The position numbers and the translations under genes are program-made. 64,000 bases of DNA, from the NCBI GenBank assembly GCA_964016885.1, contig OZ024748.1, forward strand, positions 4,960,001-5,024,000. The letters are read 5' to 3'. This document shows positions 25,010 to 38,976 of the stretch, one piece after another (within the stretch, counting starts at the first letter, position 1; each line of letters starts with the position of its first letter). The notes under the pieces were generated by a model. That model worked only from the letters and a program-made list of their open reading frames with translations, ran no database searches and was not told where the DNA came from. The DNA comes from Eledone cirrhosa. Lineage: Eukaryota.

Positions 25010-25183
25010 AGGAAAATGTTTGACCCCGACGGCAGAGCTCAAGCCGTTTCGACGGGTATTTCTGGACTGAAATAGCGGTCGAAACGGCTTGAACTCTGCC
25101 GTCGGCGTCAAACATTTTCCTATTACCCACTCTACTACCCTAAGTATTGAGCACTCTGGTTCCTTCCCACACCTCCTTCCTTA
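25010..25183. mobile_element. Family-A fold-back remnant
   Basis: GACCCCGACGGCAGAGCTCAAGCCGTTTCGAC inverted against GTCGAAACGGCTTGAACTCTGCCGTCGG, plus tail. Confidence 0.8.
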
Positions 25184-25381
25184 TATATATATATTAGAGT
25201 ATGAGGTTAACCAAATAGAAATGTGTGCACCACATACCACGACCTGTATAAATGGTGCGAGTCAGCGCATTATATAAAGAGCTCAGGTTATCACAACAGA
25301 TAGTCCTCAGTGAAATATGTATAACAAACCTGGATCAAGTGAATATGATCTCCGATCCTTTATTAATATATATATATATAT

Positions 25382-25549
25382 AAAACGAAGGAAATGTGGT
25401 AAGGAACCAGATGGACCATAACGCACCAAAGTACTCAATACTTAGGGTAGTAGAGTGGGTAATAAGAACAAGTATGACCCCGACGGCAGAGCTGAAGCCG
25501 TTTCGTCGAAACGGCTTGAGCTCTTCCGTCGGAGTCATACTTTTTCTAT
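25382..25549. mobile_element. Family-A fold-back remnant
   Basis: Full inverted tail plus a palindrome centred on TTTCGTCGAAA (25501-25511). Confidence 0.8.
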
Positions 25550-25631
25550 ATATTCTCATCTCGGGAACAATTTTGAATAGCGTCAGTTCGTAATTAGAAC
25601 TCGTGAATTTTATATTCTCCGAGTGAAAAGA

Positions 25632-25717
25632 ACCTTCTGACGAGAGTTTATCTTTTCAATGGAAGCCCGCAAGGACTTTCCATTTATTTTTGAGACTCGA
25701 AACGATTCGGTAAAGGT
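25632..25717 (+). ncRNA. Type I hammerhead ribozyme with extended stem II
   Basis: Stem I ACCTT/AAGGT; CTGACGA; stem II GAGTTT/AGACTC enclosing AATGGAAG..CTTTCCATT; GAAA; short stem III; GUA cleavage triplet. Confidence 0.8.
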
Positions 25718-25786
25718 AACCATAGTAAGTACAGTGAATTTTTTAAAATTTATTTTGAAACTTTTTCTTATTTGCTAAACCTTGAT

Positions 25787-25817
<31 letters not shown>

Positions 25818-26457
25818 TTGTGGAGATTTACGTATGTGTGATTATACCGTCTTTACGCATTTTTCTTCATGTGTAATGTGTGTTTCACCAGTAATTTAGC
25901 AGTTCATCACTTACTGATCAATGAAATATGTAACAAACCTTTTTTGGTTTCAGACACTAGGGTGCGTGTATACTGTCAATGTATTTATTTAATCATTGGG
26001 GTCCAAGTAACTATTTCTTTGACGACTTGTACTTACTGTATCGCTTTCACCTTCTTTTATAAGAAAAACAAACTGGAAGAGGGAGAGAATCAGGAAAATG
26101 GGGGAGACCTTGAAAGCAATAAGTGTACGTTTCTCGGCCTCACTTTTCACAGGGGGGTAACAAAACCAAACTCACTTCCTCCTGGTACTGATAAAAACAA
26201 CACAAAATAACAGGGCTTTTTTTTCAATCATTTCTTTTTTCGTAGTTTTTCTGTTTTTTAAACTTTATTTTTGTTTTTCACTTTGTAGACAATTCATAGT
26301 ATTTTTTCGTAATATTTACCGATGAACAAAATAATAATAATAATAATAAAAATAATAATAATTAATAATAATAATAATATCATTATTATTATGATTACAG
26401 GAAACGAAGAAATGTTAAAATGTTCTCATGCTACACAAAATTACACACATATATATA

Positions 26458-26519
<62 letters not shown>

Positions 26520-26536
26520 ATCACATACACAAATTC

Positions 26537-26569
<33 letters not shown>

Positions 26570-26681
26570 ATTGAATATCCATGTATACATGTATATATCC
26601 ATATATATAAATATATGTGTATACATATATGCACACAAATATGTATATATATATACAAAGACATACATTCACGCACACATT

Positions 26682-26760
<79 letters not shown>

Positions 26761-27154
26761 GCAAACAAACATATACACACATATATATGTACATACACTG
26801 AGAATTACATACCAACTAACCTCATCAGAGCAAAATAACTGTTTGGTTTATTTTTTGTTTGTACATAACAAGAAAAAAAGGAACACGATAGTCGTAGTAT
26901 GCAATAGTTATCAGACGTATAGATTTATACAAATACATATGAAAATCTGTAAGGGGAATAATCCAGTCTCTATTGTAAATATATCCAGTTATGATTGTTG
27001 TAACACTAACACCGACACTTTGGTCCTCCCTTGAACAGTTTATAAATGTCTTCCATTTTAGATGTAGCTAATATCTTTTAATTTTTTTTCTTCATTAAAA
27101 TGTATTCTGTTCTGTTTGTGCTGTTGATAACTTGTTTATATCTATATCTATCTA

Positions 27155-27231
<77 letters not shown>

Positions 27232-27272
27232 GTATATATATATTTATATATATATATACATATGTATATATA

Positions 27273-27323
<51 letters not shown>

Positions 27324-27635
27324 GTATATATATATTTATATATATATATATGCATATATATATTTATATATATATATATATATGCATATGTATATATATA
27401 TATATATTTATATGTATATATATGTATATATATATATATAATGTGTGTGTGTGTGCATATGTGTGTAAGTGTGCATGTATGTATATGTGCGAGTGTTCAA
27501 TGCACGTGATTGGGTGGTTGTTTGTAACAGGAAATAATATGTTCAGACATGTACTTATGAAGTTTACACCCAAGTGAATTAATGAATTCATGTAACAGCA
27601 TTTACACTCACTACATATATATATATATATATATG

Positions 27636-27713
27636 CAGGGTGTCCCAAAAATGTATAAACACTTCAGCAGTATTCTAATAAAAGTATGTATATATTTTTT
27701 TAGGACACCCTCC
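27636..27713. mobile_element. Small Tc1/mariner-type MITE (related partial copy 12808-12895)
   Basis: TIRs CAGGGTGTCCCAAAA / TTTTAGGACACCCT in TA context; internal ACACTTCA..ATTCTAATAA shared with the 12.8-kb copy, which ends TACACCCTGTA. Confidence 0.6.
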
Positions 27714-28190
27714 ATATACATGGGTGAGCCACAGAATATCTGCAAACCACTTATAATCTCCTTTCCTATTGGAATATTAGTTGCAATCAAATTAGTGGAA
27801 GTGGTTTGCCTCTAGTTACAACCATTGCAGGTTTCAGCTTCAATGTTCAAATAATTTGCAGTTATTAGTACGTTAAATATAGGCGCTCAGCTATCTGTTT
27901 GTTTCAAAGAAGAACAACGTAATATGGTCCATTCTGCGTCAGCTGAATACAGACTTGTAAACTCTCCCCGTCGAACGGGGAGATCTCCTATCCACTTTAG
28001 AGTAGGTGAGAGATATCTTCTCTTGTGAAAATGGGAATAGCTTTCATTATGTAAAATCTCCCTATTTTGTCTAATTTTTCCCAGTTTTGGGGCCCTTTTT
28101 GTCATGGTTTTCCCCGTTGGGGTTTTAGAGGTTGGCAGGTCTGTGAATATGTCTCAGGGTTAGAAAACAGGAGAACAGTGATGAGAAATA

Positions 28191-28375
28191 ATTGTTTCTA
28201 CTTGTGGCACAAGGCCAGCAATTATCCCAGTGTATTACTGGTACTTTATTTTATCGACCCCGTAAGGATGAAAGGCAAAGTTAACCTCGGCGGGATTTGA
28301 ACTCAGACCATAAAGGGCCATAACTCTTTGCTGCGAAGCATGGCCTCGGACCTTCTACCGATACTGCCAATCCAC
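28191..28375 (-). mobile_element. Main-family SINE with 18-bp TSD, ~0.7 kb past the Scr stop codon
   Basis: ACAGTGATGAGAAATAAT at 28175-28192 and 28374-28391. Confidence 0.9.
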
Positions 28376-28777
28376 AGTGATGAGAAATAATGTATTCTTT
28401 ATTTTATGATCACTATTGTTATTGTAATATATTATGTAAGAACAATAATGAAAAACAACCACACCCCTTTAAAAAAAAAATCAACGGTCACTAGACGCTG
28501 TTCTTTTTTTAAACAAACAGATATATGGGTGACCAGTTTGATCGTAATAAGAACGACAACTTAATTGACGATTTAAATTCAAATCTGGATCGCAAAGGTT
28601 AAGAAGAGGCAGAATCCATTGATGCATCCCGCATTTATAAATGCTGGCAATAGAAAATACTTACACATACATACATGCGAGTGGGAGTGTGTGTATGTGT
28701 GTGAATGATTCTGTATATCTCTTTGTATGAATAATAATTGTAAATTATATATATATATATATATATATTTGTGTGTG

Positions 28778-28819
<42 letters not shown>

Positions 28820-29053
28820 GACTGTTTCTGTGTTTAGGTGTAAATGTGAGTTTGTATTTCTGTTTATATATATATTTATGTATATGTAACTATCGTTATT
28901 GTATGTGTGTGTATACAAACACGGTAACACATAGAAATACACACGCACATACACGTTAATATATATGGACAGCGTGGTAGGGGTGGGGGAGGGGTTAGAG
29001 ATAGGTAGAGGATACGATATACATAAGATATTATTTTTTTTTTATTTTCTTTT

Positions 29054-29331
29054 TTATAACACTCCTTTATCGTCTAAATCCAGTCCTTTATCTAAAGGAG
29101 CGCAAACGTTCATATTTTTGGCAATATGCGATAATTTATGTTCTTTTTTCCACTTCATTCTTCTATTCTGGAACCAGATTTTAATCTGCCGTTCAGTGAG
29201 GTTCAAGGCGTGCGCGATTTCAATTCTCCTCCTCCTCGTTAAATATTTGTTGTAATGAAATTCTTTTTCTAGTTCCAAAGTCTGGTGCCGTGTGTATGAT
29301 GTTCTTGAACGTTTCGATTCACCATCCGGGT
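29054..29331 (-). CDS. Scr: Homeobox (last coding) exon of Hox5 / Sex combs reduced
   Basis: [73 protein letters not shown]...stop. RTSYTR and KEHK are PG5 features and HIAKNM is the lophotrochozoan Hox5 parapeptide. Phase-1 acceptor TTGTTCTCTTTCAG at 29332-29345; branch-like CTAAT at 29358-29362. Confidence 0.95.
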
Positions 29332-29387
29332 CTGAAAGAGAACAAGACGAAAAAACAATTAGATATAATATATTATAATATTGGATT

Positions 29388-29850
29388 CACATTTCAGTAC
29401 AAGGCCAGCAATTTATAGAGAGGGGGTGAAAGTTGATTATATAGACACCAGTGCATTACTGGTGCTTTATATTATCGACCCTGTAATAAGGAAAGGCGAA
29501 GCTAACCTTGACGGGATTTGAATTCAGATCGTAAACGCCGTAAATCTATGCTGTCCGATGCTGCCCATGGCGTCCGGCACTACCCATACTGCCAATCCAC
29601 TGCCCTCATATAAAATGTAATAATATTGGATTCACATTTCGACACATGGCCAGCAATTAATGGGAGTTGGGTGGGTGAGTAAGTTGATTATGTAGACACC
29701 AGTACGTGACTGGTACTTTATTTTATCGACCTCAAAAGAATGAAAAGTAAATTTGATGTCGGTGGGAATTGAAATTGGAAATAAAAGAAACGTAACAAAG
29801 ACAACATAAAGCATTTTGTCCGATGCTCCAACGACTTTACAAATCGACCA
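29388..29850 (-). mobile_element. Two tandem degenerate main-family SINEs immediately upstream of the Scr acceptor
   Basis: Core and A-box remnants; a 20-bp direct repeat TAATATTGGATTCACATTTC at 29376 and 29621. Confidence 0.75.
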
Positions 29851-30525
29851 GGCTTAATGATTACTGAAATAAGAATTAATAATAATTACATCTAATCTAG
29901 AAACAAATATCGGAATGTTAGTGAGAGAGATAAGGCTAATACAACGACTACAGTGCTGAACTGGTACTTTATTCATCGACCCTGTGACAGATAAAATAAC
30001 ATTTTTAACCTCATTGGTATGTGTTCTAGCCGAGATCCTAAACTGGTGGAACATATACAGTTCTGACATCCTACATCTCCAATCATGATTATTAATAGTA
30101 ATCACAAAAATATTGATTTCTAACATATGGCTGACTTCACAAATCGAGGTTTATTTGTTGGTTCGACTCCATTTTTCCTGAATGTAAAGAGACGTAACTA
30201 ATGATTGCAAAGCATATTTGGTCGACGCTCTACCGATTCTTTTAATTCATTGACATCATATCAATCATGGTGTCTAACTTAGATACTATTATATCTCATA
30301 AGGTGACAGTCGATTAAGTCCACCTCTGATTATGACTGGTAATAATTTAATTTACGTCAAAATGTTGAACAGCAAAATCAAACACGTTTCGTTTCGTTTT
30401 CGACAAGGATTGGACTAATTTCCCTATCAGAAGAACGAGATTCTCTTGAAATTAACATTAAAATAGTACTTAAAAAGATTCCGTGGGGAGTATGTAAAGC
30501 AGGTTTCAGTCGAAACAATTTCACT

Positions 30526-30864
30526 TAGTCTTGGGTCACAAATAATAGGGGTGTGTGGAATAAGCAGGGTAGGTGGGGAATGACTTTGCCTAAATTCTTA
30601 CAAGTGGGAGGGTGGATCAGTAATTTTATAGTGTACGTTCATAAATATGGGATTTCTAATAATTTTTTTTTTATGTAAAACAAAATAATTATGAGATTCT
30701 CCAGCTGCTGTATCAATATGAATTACTTACAATAAAATTTCGCCAGCAAAATTAGCAAAATTTCATAAGCGGGATCCGGCTGGAATAAAATGGGAGGGTG
30801 AGGGTTGGAAACAATCTGAAAAATTAATAAGCAGGGTGGGGACGATTATTCGAGAACTGCGAGT
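30526..30864. mobile_element. Degenerate MITE-like element
   Basis: Imperfect TIRs TAGTCTTGGGTCACAAATAAT / ATTATTCGAGAACTGCGAGTA; internal repeated AATAAGCAGGGT. Confidence 0.4.
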
Positions 30865-31207
30865 ACAAGATTTTGGTCGATCCGAAGGTGTATAAATGAA
30901 GCAGGATCAAGCTAGCTACGTCGTGGTATCTAAACCGGAATCTCGTGATAGGAAAACAACCTTCTTAACCATTCGGCCATGGTGTGTATTTTAAATTGAC
31001 ATAGAGCCATAGTTATATAATGGCCTTCAGTCGGCTCCTCTGCAGATGTATATAATTAAATACACAGGTGTTGAGAGCACCAGTAATTGCTGGAACTGAT
31101 TAGACATGTGGTTTTACTGTTTCCACATTGGCTAGTGTCTGCCACCGTCTGATAATATATGTATATATATATATATGCATTGCATACATATATATACACA
31201 CACACAC

Positions 31208-31284
<77 letters not shown>

Positions 31285-31352
31285 TATATATACACACATA
31301 CATATATATAGATATAGATACACATGCATATATATAAATATATACATACATA

Positions 31353-31438
<86 letters not shown>

Positions 31439-31480
31439 GATAGATACACATGCACATATATATAAATATATACATGCATA

Positions 31481-31550
<70 letters not shown>

Positions 31551-31551
31551 C

Positions 31552-31586
<35 letters not shown>

Positions 31587-32117
31587 CATTGACGCCTCTC
31601 TTAATTAGATTTTTTTAATCAACTAAATTAATCTGACGGTTTTTCCTATAAATCACTGCTACCAATATTTCAATACATGACTGTAGACAAATATTCCTTA
31701 GACTTAAAGGAGACTTAGAATATGGTTAACTGTTAAATCCGTTTAAGGACTTTTAAGCCTAATTTATTAAGTGTGGTTGTTGGAATTATAGTCGTGAGGG
31801 GTACTGGTGGTGGAGATTGTGATTGAGGATGTGGAGATGATTTTGCTCTTGCTGTTTGATCAGATTCAATCCACACTTTGTTACACCACCCTCAGGAATA
31901 ATACACCACGTTGTTGGAAAGAGGGTTTTAGTTGATTCGGGAAATTAACTCAAAACGTCCTGTATCATTTGAAACCGCATTAGCAAGATATTCCTATTAT
32001 AACATTGAATAGTGGATATGTAGATTTGCTAGCTTTAGGGGCGCAAATGCCATACGGTAACTAACGCGGAGTTCCCATGAAATAATGTTCCAATGAACTA
32101 CGACGATGATTAAGATA

Positions 32118-32156
<39 letters not shown>

Positions 32157-32451
32157 AATATGAAAACATAGCGTGCTGCGTGGTTGCAAATGGGTTACAT
32201 ATGAATAAATTTAGTCCTTCATCAGTGATCGTCCAGCCTTCATTGGTATTTCATCGCTTTAAAGACCATATACCTCCGGTTGGTGCGAGCAACGGCTAAA
32301 GAAAGTCGTTGGGACACGTAAATAGGGGGAACGAGCGAGACAGTAAACAAACAAAGATGGTAATGCAACGAAAAGTGAGAAAGAAGGAGTGAAGTCCCTG
32401 AAATTGATGAACATAAGTTCTGTGAAATCGTGGATATATATACATATATAT

Positions 32452-32514
32452 AGTCCAGAAATAGCCGTCGAAGCAGCTTGAGCTCTGCCGTCGGGGTCTT
32501 CAACTTTTCCTATT
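32452..32514 (+). mobile_element. Family-A fragment (3' half of the HHR) in (TA)n
   Basis: AGTCCAGAAATAGCCGTCGAAGCAGCTTGAGCTCTGCCGTCGGGGTC. Confidence 0.75.
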
Positions 32515-32530
32515 ATATATATATATATCG

Positions 32531-32566
<36 letters not shown>

Positions 32567-32710
32567 CTATATGCATATATATATATAGAGAGAGAGAGAA
32601 TACACACAAACACGTCATTTGTGTATGAATGAATACCTGCAAATATGTACTTTTATATGTATGTATATATATATGACCCTCCCCAAGTATGACAATATAT
32701 ATATATATGT

Positions 32711-32756
<46 letters not shown>

Positions 32757-33239
32757 CTGTGTATGTCTATTTGTGTGTGTATTAAAATCTAACGCAAGAA
32801 GGAGTAGGAATTTTGTTATATTTGAATTGTCAAAAACATGACAGATTCAATGATTTTTAATCAAGGGAAGACAATCACTCATCTCTTTGGAAATATATCA
32901 CATTTTATTTAGATATTTTATTTGTGGGTTTTCACAAAAATAAGCCCATAAAACAAGAACCGATGTAATTTGAGAGTGGATCCTCGTTGGTTTTAAATAT
33001 CGTTAAAACACACAACATATATATGATTTACACCACACTTCTCTCTTTATATATATTTATACATACATATATACACACCTAGATTTCTCTCTCCCCGACA
33101 CAGTCTCTCTATCTAAACCCATATATTCATATATACACACATATATATATAAATATATATTTAATATAAATGTATAACATGTATATACTTTAATTCACAT
33201 ATACATACATACATGTGTGTGTCTGTTTGTTTGCGTATA

Positions 33240-33276
<37 letters not shown>

Positions 33277-33402
33277 TCTTATTACCTTATTAAATTCAGC
33301 TACCAAAGAATTGAACATATATTAAGTTGTTTTTCCCTAATTCTATTTCTAAATCTCCATCTATATATATATAATCTAACTCACCTTCTCTCTACACACA
33401 CC

Positions 33403-33475
<73 letters not shown>

Positions 33476-33686
33476 GTATACATACATTCACCCCTCCCCT
33501 CCACCATATATATATATACACACATACATATATGTGTGTTTGTGTATTTATATACATATGCATATATATCCTCCTCTGTCTATCTATCTCCTCTTTCTCT
33601 CTCTCCCTCTTTCTACACACACATATATACATATATATATATGTGTGTGTGTGTACTTGTGTGTATTTATGTATGTATTTATAAAA

Positions 33687-33873
33687 GGCGGTGGATTGGC
33701 AGTATCGTTAGAGGGTCGGACGCCATGTTTGAAGCATAGAGTTACCTCCCTGTATGATCTGAGTTCAAATCCCGCCGAGGTTAACTTTGCCTTTCATCCT
33801 CACGGGGTCGATAAAATAAAGTACCAGTAATGCACTGGGTAATTGCTGGCCTTGTGCCAAAAGTAGAAACAAT
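33687..33873 (+). mobile_element. Full main-family SINE with TSD
   Basis: A-box 33697-33707, B-box 33761-33772, flanking direct repeat TATGTATTTATAAA. Confidence 0.9.
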
Positions 33874-34527
33874 ATATGTATTTATAAACATATATACACA
33901 TATATATACCCACCTCTCTCTCTTTGTCTATCTATCAATCGGTTTATAGCTATGTATCGATACCACGTACACCATACATATACTTAACAGTCCTTACTAT
34001 ATTATTATACAGCCTCCCACCTCTACACTCACATATAATGTTCAGCCATTTTGACATCTCAAATTCTACATGTTGCCACTTATTCTATTTTGTCTCATCA
34101 ATTCAGTAAACATTCTCTCCTCCATCTCCACCTCCTTCTCCCAACCCTCTAATCCTTGATCCCCTCTCACTCATCTTTTCCTTATCCGAACCCTACCCCA
34201 TCTTCTTCCTCTGTATTCTATCTCTAATTTTCTCCTCATCCCTCTTACCTTCCTTCCTTCCTTCTTTATTCCTGGAAACCTTGTATAGACACATTGCTCT
34301 GTATTCTGTTAAGAAACCAAAACAGAAAGGAACTAACCACCTCTCTTCTTAACACATATTCCTCTTTTTAAACCCCCCCCCCCTTTCTTTACTTGCTCTT
34401 CTTCATCCCCAGTGTAACCCTTCATCTACCTATGTTATTCCCAAGCCTTCCCCACACCTGTATATTATGTTATCAAATAACAGTGTTGCTCTACCTACCC
34501 TCTTTATCTACCATATTATAGAACATC

Positions 34528-34714
34528 ATTTTATCAACCCCGTAAGGATGAAAGACAAAGTTAACCTCGGTGGGATTTGAACTCAGAAGGCCCTTGCCAT
34601 TCTGAGTTCAAATCCCGCCGAGGTTAACTTTGCCTTTCATCCTTACGGGGTCGATAAAATAAAGTACCAGTAATGCACTGGTGAATTGCTGGCCTTGTGC
34701 CAAAAGTAGAAACA
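34528..34714. mobile_element. SINE insertion with a 5' fold-back (inverted duplication)
   Basis: 34528-34588 is the reverse complement of 34600-34660; the whole unit is flanked by ATATTATAGAACATC (34513-34527 and 34715-34729). Confidence 0.85.
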
Positions 34715-35265
34715 ATATTATAGAACATCTGAAATTTCTTCCATTTTCTTATACTCTGTTTTTAAAGAACCCTTCCATCTACCCCTATTTCCTCTTTTTC
34801 ACGCTATCTTCATGATAAACCCTCCCCCATCCTCTCCTATCCTACCATATTCACTACACTGTGTATCATATTATCAATTAGAACCAAAGAACCCTACCCG
34901 TGTCTTTATCTACTTCAACCCATTACCACCTACCTCACTCTGTCACCTCTCATACTCTATTTTCATTCTAACCACCATACCACTTCAACCTCCTCTTCCA
35001 CACTACCCTACCCAGTATTACAAGCCCTCCACATACACACACACAGACACACACACATTCTGTATTATGTTATCAAACTATAATCCAGTGAATATCGACC
35101 AGTCAATCTATTCCGCCACATAAATTTCCCCAAATGTCCTGTGAACAAGCTGAAAATATTATTAACTCGATACAACAACAATATCGTTTTTTTTTAAAAA
35201 TACGCCGAAGAATAAAATACATCATATACAAATATAAAATTCCAGACTATTACTGCTGCTGTTGT

Positions 35266-35321
<56 letters not shown>

Positions 35322-35360
35322 TTACTACTACTACTACTACTACTACTCATAATAATATTA

Positions 35361-35680
35361 ATTGTGTCTACTTTTTGGCACAAGGCCAGCAATTATGACA
35401 GTGCATTACTGGTACTTTATTTTATCGACCCCGTAAGGATGAAAGGCAAAGTTAACCTCGGCCGGATTTGAACTCAGTCCGTAAAGGGACGTAACTCATA
35501 ATAATATTATAGGTTTCTGATTTAGGCACAAGGCCAACAATTTTAGAAGAGGGGAAAGTTGGTTACATCGACCCAGTGTATTACTGGTATTTTATTTTAT
35601 CGACCCTGTAAGGATGAAAGGCAAAGCTAACCTCGGCAGGATTTGAACTCAGAACGTAAAGGGACGAAACCACATGCTGC
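35361..35680 (-). mobile_element. Two adjacent partial main-family SINEs
   Basis: Tail, core and B-box in reverse orientation, twice. Confidence 0.8.
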
Positions 35681-36499
35681 CCTACTGATGCTTCCACTAC
35701 CCTACTACTCACAACAATAACAATAACAATTTTATTGTTACTCTTGTTAGTATATATGAATACCGCAACTTATTCTATCCCTCATTCGAGCGATCTGCCA
35801 ATCCACTGAGTAAGTTATTTCATTACAGAGCTGTGTGTTTCAGAACACAGTGGCTGAGTATTCCACATATCAATGAGCAATGATGTTTTATACCAATGTT
35901 ACAGCTACATTTTAGTGAATTTTACTTTTTGGACATGGGTTTGACATGATCTAATGGTAAAGGACACATTTTAATGTGTTAAGAAGAAGAATGCTGCTGT
36001 GGTTGCTGCTGTTGCTGCTGCTGATGATGATGATGATGATTATGCTGACTACTACGACGACGACAACAAGAAGCACAGCAACAACCACAAGAACAAAAAC
36101 TAAAACTAGAAGAAAGATAGAAAGAAAGACAGACAGAAGGAAAGAAACGTAGAGACAAAGAGAGAGGAGGCTTCATTAGACATATGGTGAAAACAAAACG
36201 TTTTCTAAAGAATGCAAACCAATATCTTGTCACTGAAATTCCTAATTCTTAGAGAAACCTCACTATGGTGAGAGAGAGAAAGAGAGCGACAGAGAAGTAC
36301 ATATATATCGAGAGAGAATGGAAGGGGAGGTATGTTTTCATTTGCATTCAACATGGCGTACAGATTTGGTAGCGCCGTGTTGTCAGTATTCAGTAAATGT
36401 TCTCTATTCGTGTCTTTCAGACGCCATTGTCAAATGGTGATCCGCCTTCACCTCAATTTCTTGTTTGTTTGTTTGTTTGTGTGTGTGTGTATGTGTATG

Positions 36500-36560
<61 letters not shown>

Positions 36561-36772
36561 GTTAGAGGATATAGGGGTTGTCTCTGTTGTTTTTTGTTTG
36601 TTAATATGCATACATGCAGATACACACACACACTCACAATATATATACATATATTATGTATGTGTGTGTGTTTTTGTGTATGTGTATGTATATATATATA
36701 TATATTTGTATATATATATGTGTATATATACTTATATATATATATATATATGTATATGTATGTATATATATT

Positions 36773-36805
<33 letters not shown>

Positions 36806-36950
36806 CTGTGTGTATCATATGCAAATACTCATATATATTGTTTTCATTTGTACTTTCATCTCTTTTGTATTACTGAAAAAAAAGCGAATGCATTCTAAAA
36901 AGCGTATATAAGTCTTTTTACTAACTCTATATCCTTCACTCCCTCACTCT

Positions 36951-37891
36951 TTCTCCCTCTCGCAATCTCTCATTCTACTATTCTCCCTCTCGCAATCTCT
37001 CATTCTACTATTCTACCTCTCGCAATCTCTCATTCCACTATTCTACCTCTCGCAATCTCTCATTCTACTATTCTCCCTCTCGCAATCTCTCATTCTACTA
37101 TTCTACCTCTCGCAATCTCTCATTCTACTATTTTACCTCTCGCAATCTCTCATTCTACTATTCTACTTCTCGCAATCTCTCATTCTACTATTCTCCCTCT
37201 CGCAATCTCTCATTCTACTATTCTACCTCTCGCAATCTCTCATTCTACTATTCCCCCTCTCGCAATCTCTCATTCTACTATTCTACCTCTCGCAATCTCT
37301 CATTCTACTATTCTACCTCTCGCAATCTCTCATTCTAATATTCTCCCTCTCGCAATCTCTCATTCTACTATTCTACCTCTCGCAATCTCTCATTCTACTA
37401 TTTTACCTCTCGCAATCTCTCATTCTACTATTCTACCTCTCGCAATCTCTCATTCTACTATTCTCCCTCTCGCAATCTCTCATTCTACTATTCTACCTCT
37501 CGCAATCTCTCATTCTACTATTCTACCTCTCGCAATCTCTCATTCTACTATTCTCCCTCTCGCAATCTTCTCATTCTACTATTCTCCCTCTCGCAATCTC
37601 TCATTCTACTATTCTCCCTCTCGCAATCTTCTCATTCTAATATTCTACCTCTCACAATCTTCTCATTCTACTATTCTACCTCTCGCAATCTCTCATTCTA
37701 CTATTCTCCCTCTCGCAATCTCTCATTCAACTATTCTACCTCTCGCAATCTCTCATTCTACTATTCTACCTCTCGCAATCTCTCATTCTACTATTCTCCC
37801 TCTCGCAATCTCTCATTCTACTATTCTACCTCTCGCAATCTCTCATTCTACTATTCTACCTCTCGCAATCTCTCATTCCACTATTCTACCT
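36951..37891. repeat. 30-bp satellite, ~31 highly similar copies
   Basis: Unit TTCT(A/C)CCTCTCGCAATCTCTCATTCTACTA. Confidence 0.95.
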
Positions 37892-38395
37892 CCTACACTT
37901 TCTATTTCTCAATCACGATATCTCTCACTCTCCTATATTTTCTAAGTAACAGCTATTTCTTCAATAAAATATCAATAATTAATAAATAATTCTAGCATTG
38001 GTACAAGGACAGCAATATAGTAGATAGGTAAAGTCGATGATATCGATCCCAATACTTAACTGGTACATGCAATTATCGATCCTTTGAGAATTTGACCTCG
38101 GCAGGATTTGAACTCAAAACTTAGAAAATTCTTAACTGAAAGCATTTTTTCCGTCGCTCTAATGATTCTCCCAATCCACCTCCATTGTAAGAAGGAAAAA
38201 TAATAACAACCAATATTCGTGATGATGATGATGATGTCAACATATATATATATATATATATATATCATCAACATCATCATCACCAACATCATCACCATCA
38301 TCATCATCATCATCATCATCATCACCATCATCACCATCATCATCATCACCACCATCACCACCATCATCACCACCCACCACCATCATCAAGTAACC

Positions 38396-38433
<38 letters not shown>

Positions 38434-38919
38434 ATGTGTGTGTGTGTATAGAAACAGTATGCTTCCTCACCATCTCTCCTCCATCATTGTTCTAGTATCT
38501 CTCCTCCATCATTGTTCTAGTATCTATTAACACAACATTGTTTTCTTCACCTTCGTCAGTCCAGACTTTCTCCTATCAATGTCGTAACTAAGAGATAACC
38601 GCCCAAGCATGATTCTCTATTCAAAAGTCTCCATCACATACATGATAAGCTATGACCTGTCATATATGGCTGCCCGCAAAACTTTGTTCCAGTCAGTGAC
38701 ATTACTTCCGGTAACACCCGTGCTGCCATCTATGATGCCGCTTGAATGGGAAGAGAAGACAATGACATTAATAGCCACAGTGACTCTATGTATTCTTTTC
38801 ATTCAGTTGACACAACTGTCTCCTGTGTCATGTCTCTTGTCTTTGCTGTTTCTACTCATCTATTTATCCATGTGTGTATGTATTTATGTGTTGGGTTTCT
38901 GTCTGATGAAGCTGGGTGT

Positions 38920-38975
<56 letters not shown>

Positions 38976-38976
<1 letters not shown>

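Noticed and set aside
24181-28143. Two inverted MITE ends ~4 kb apart as a composite transposon
   Set aside because: No target-site duplication, the arms are diverged, and the interior is ordinary repeat mosaic.
29041-29046. AATAAA on the minus strand just after the Scr stop codon
   Set aside because: Lies within an A-rich run about 8 nt from the stop; it cannot be called as the poly(A) signal without transcript data.
32005-32080. Minus-strand MGT..CAP..LANL resembling a Penelope RT motif
   Set aside because: Needs a stop and a frameshift, and no downstream YxDD is visible; a tBLASTn/HMM hit would be required.
35979-36233. Minus-strand poly-His/Gln ORF as a possible Scr exon 1
   Set aside because: Ends in a stop codon, has no YPWM and no N-terminal MSSY-like motif.
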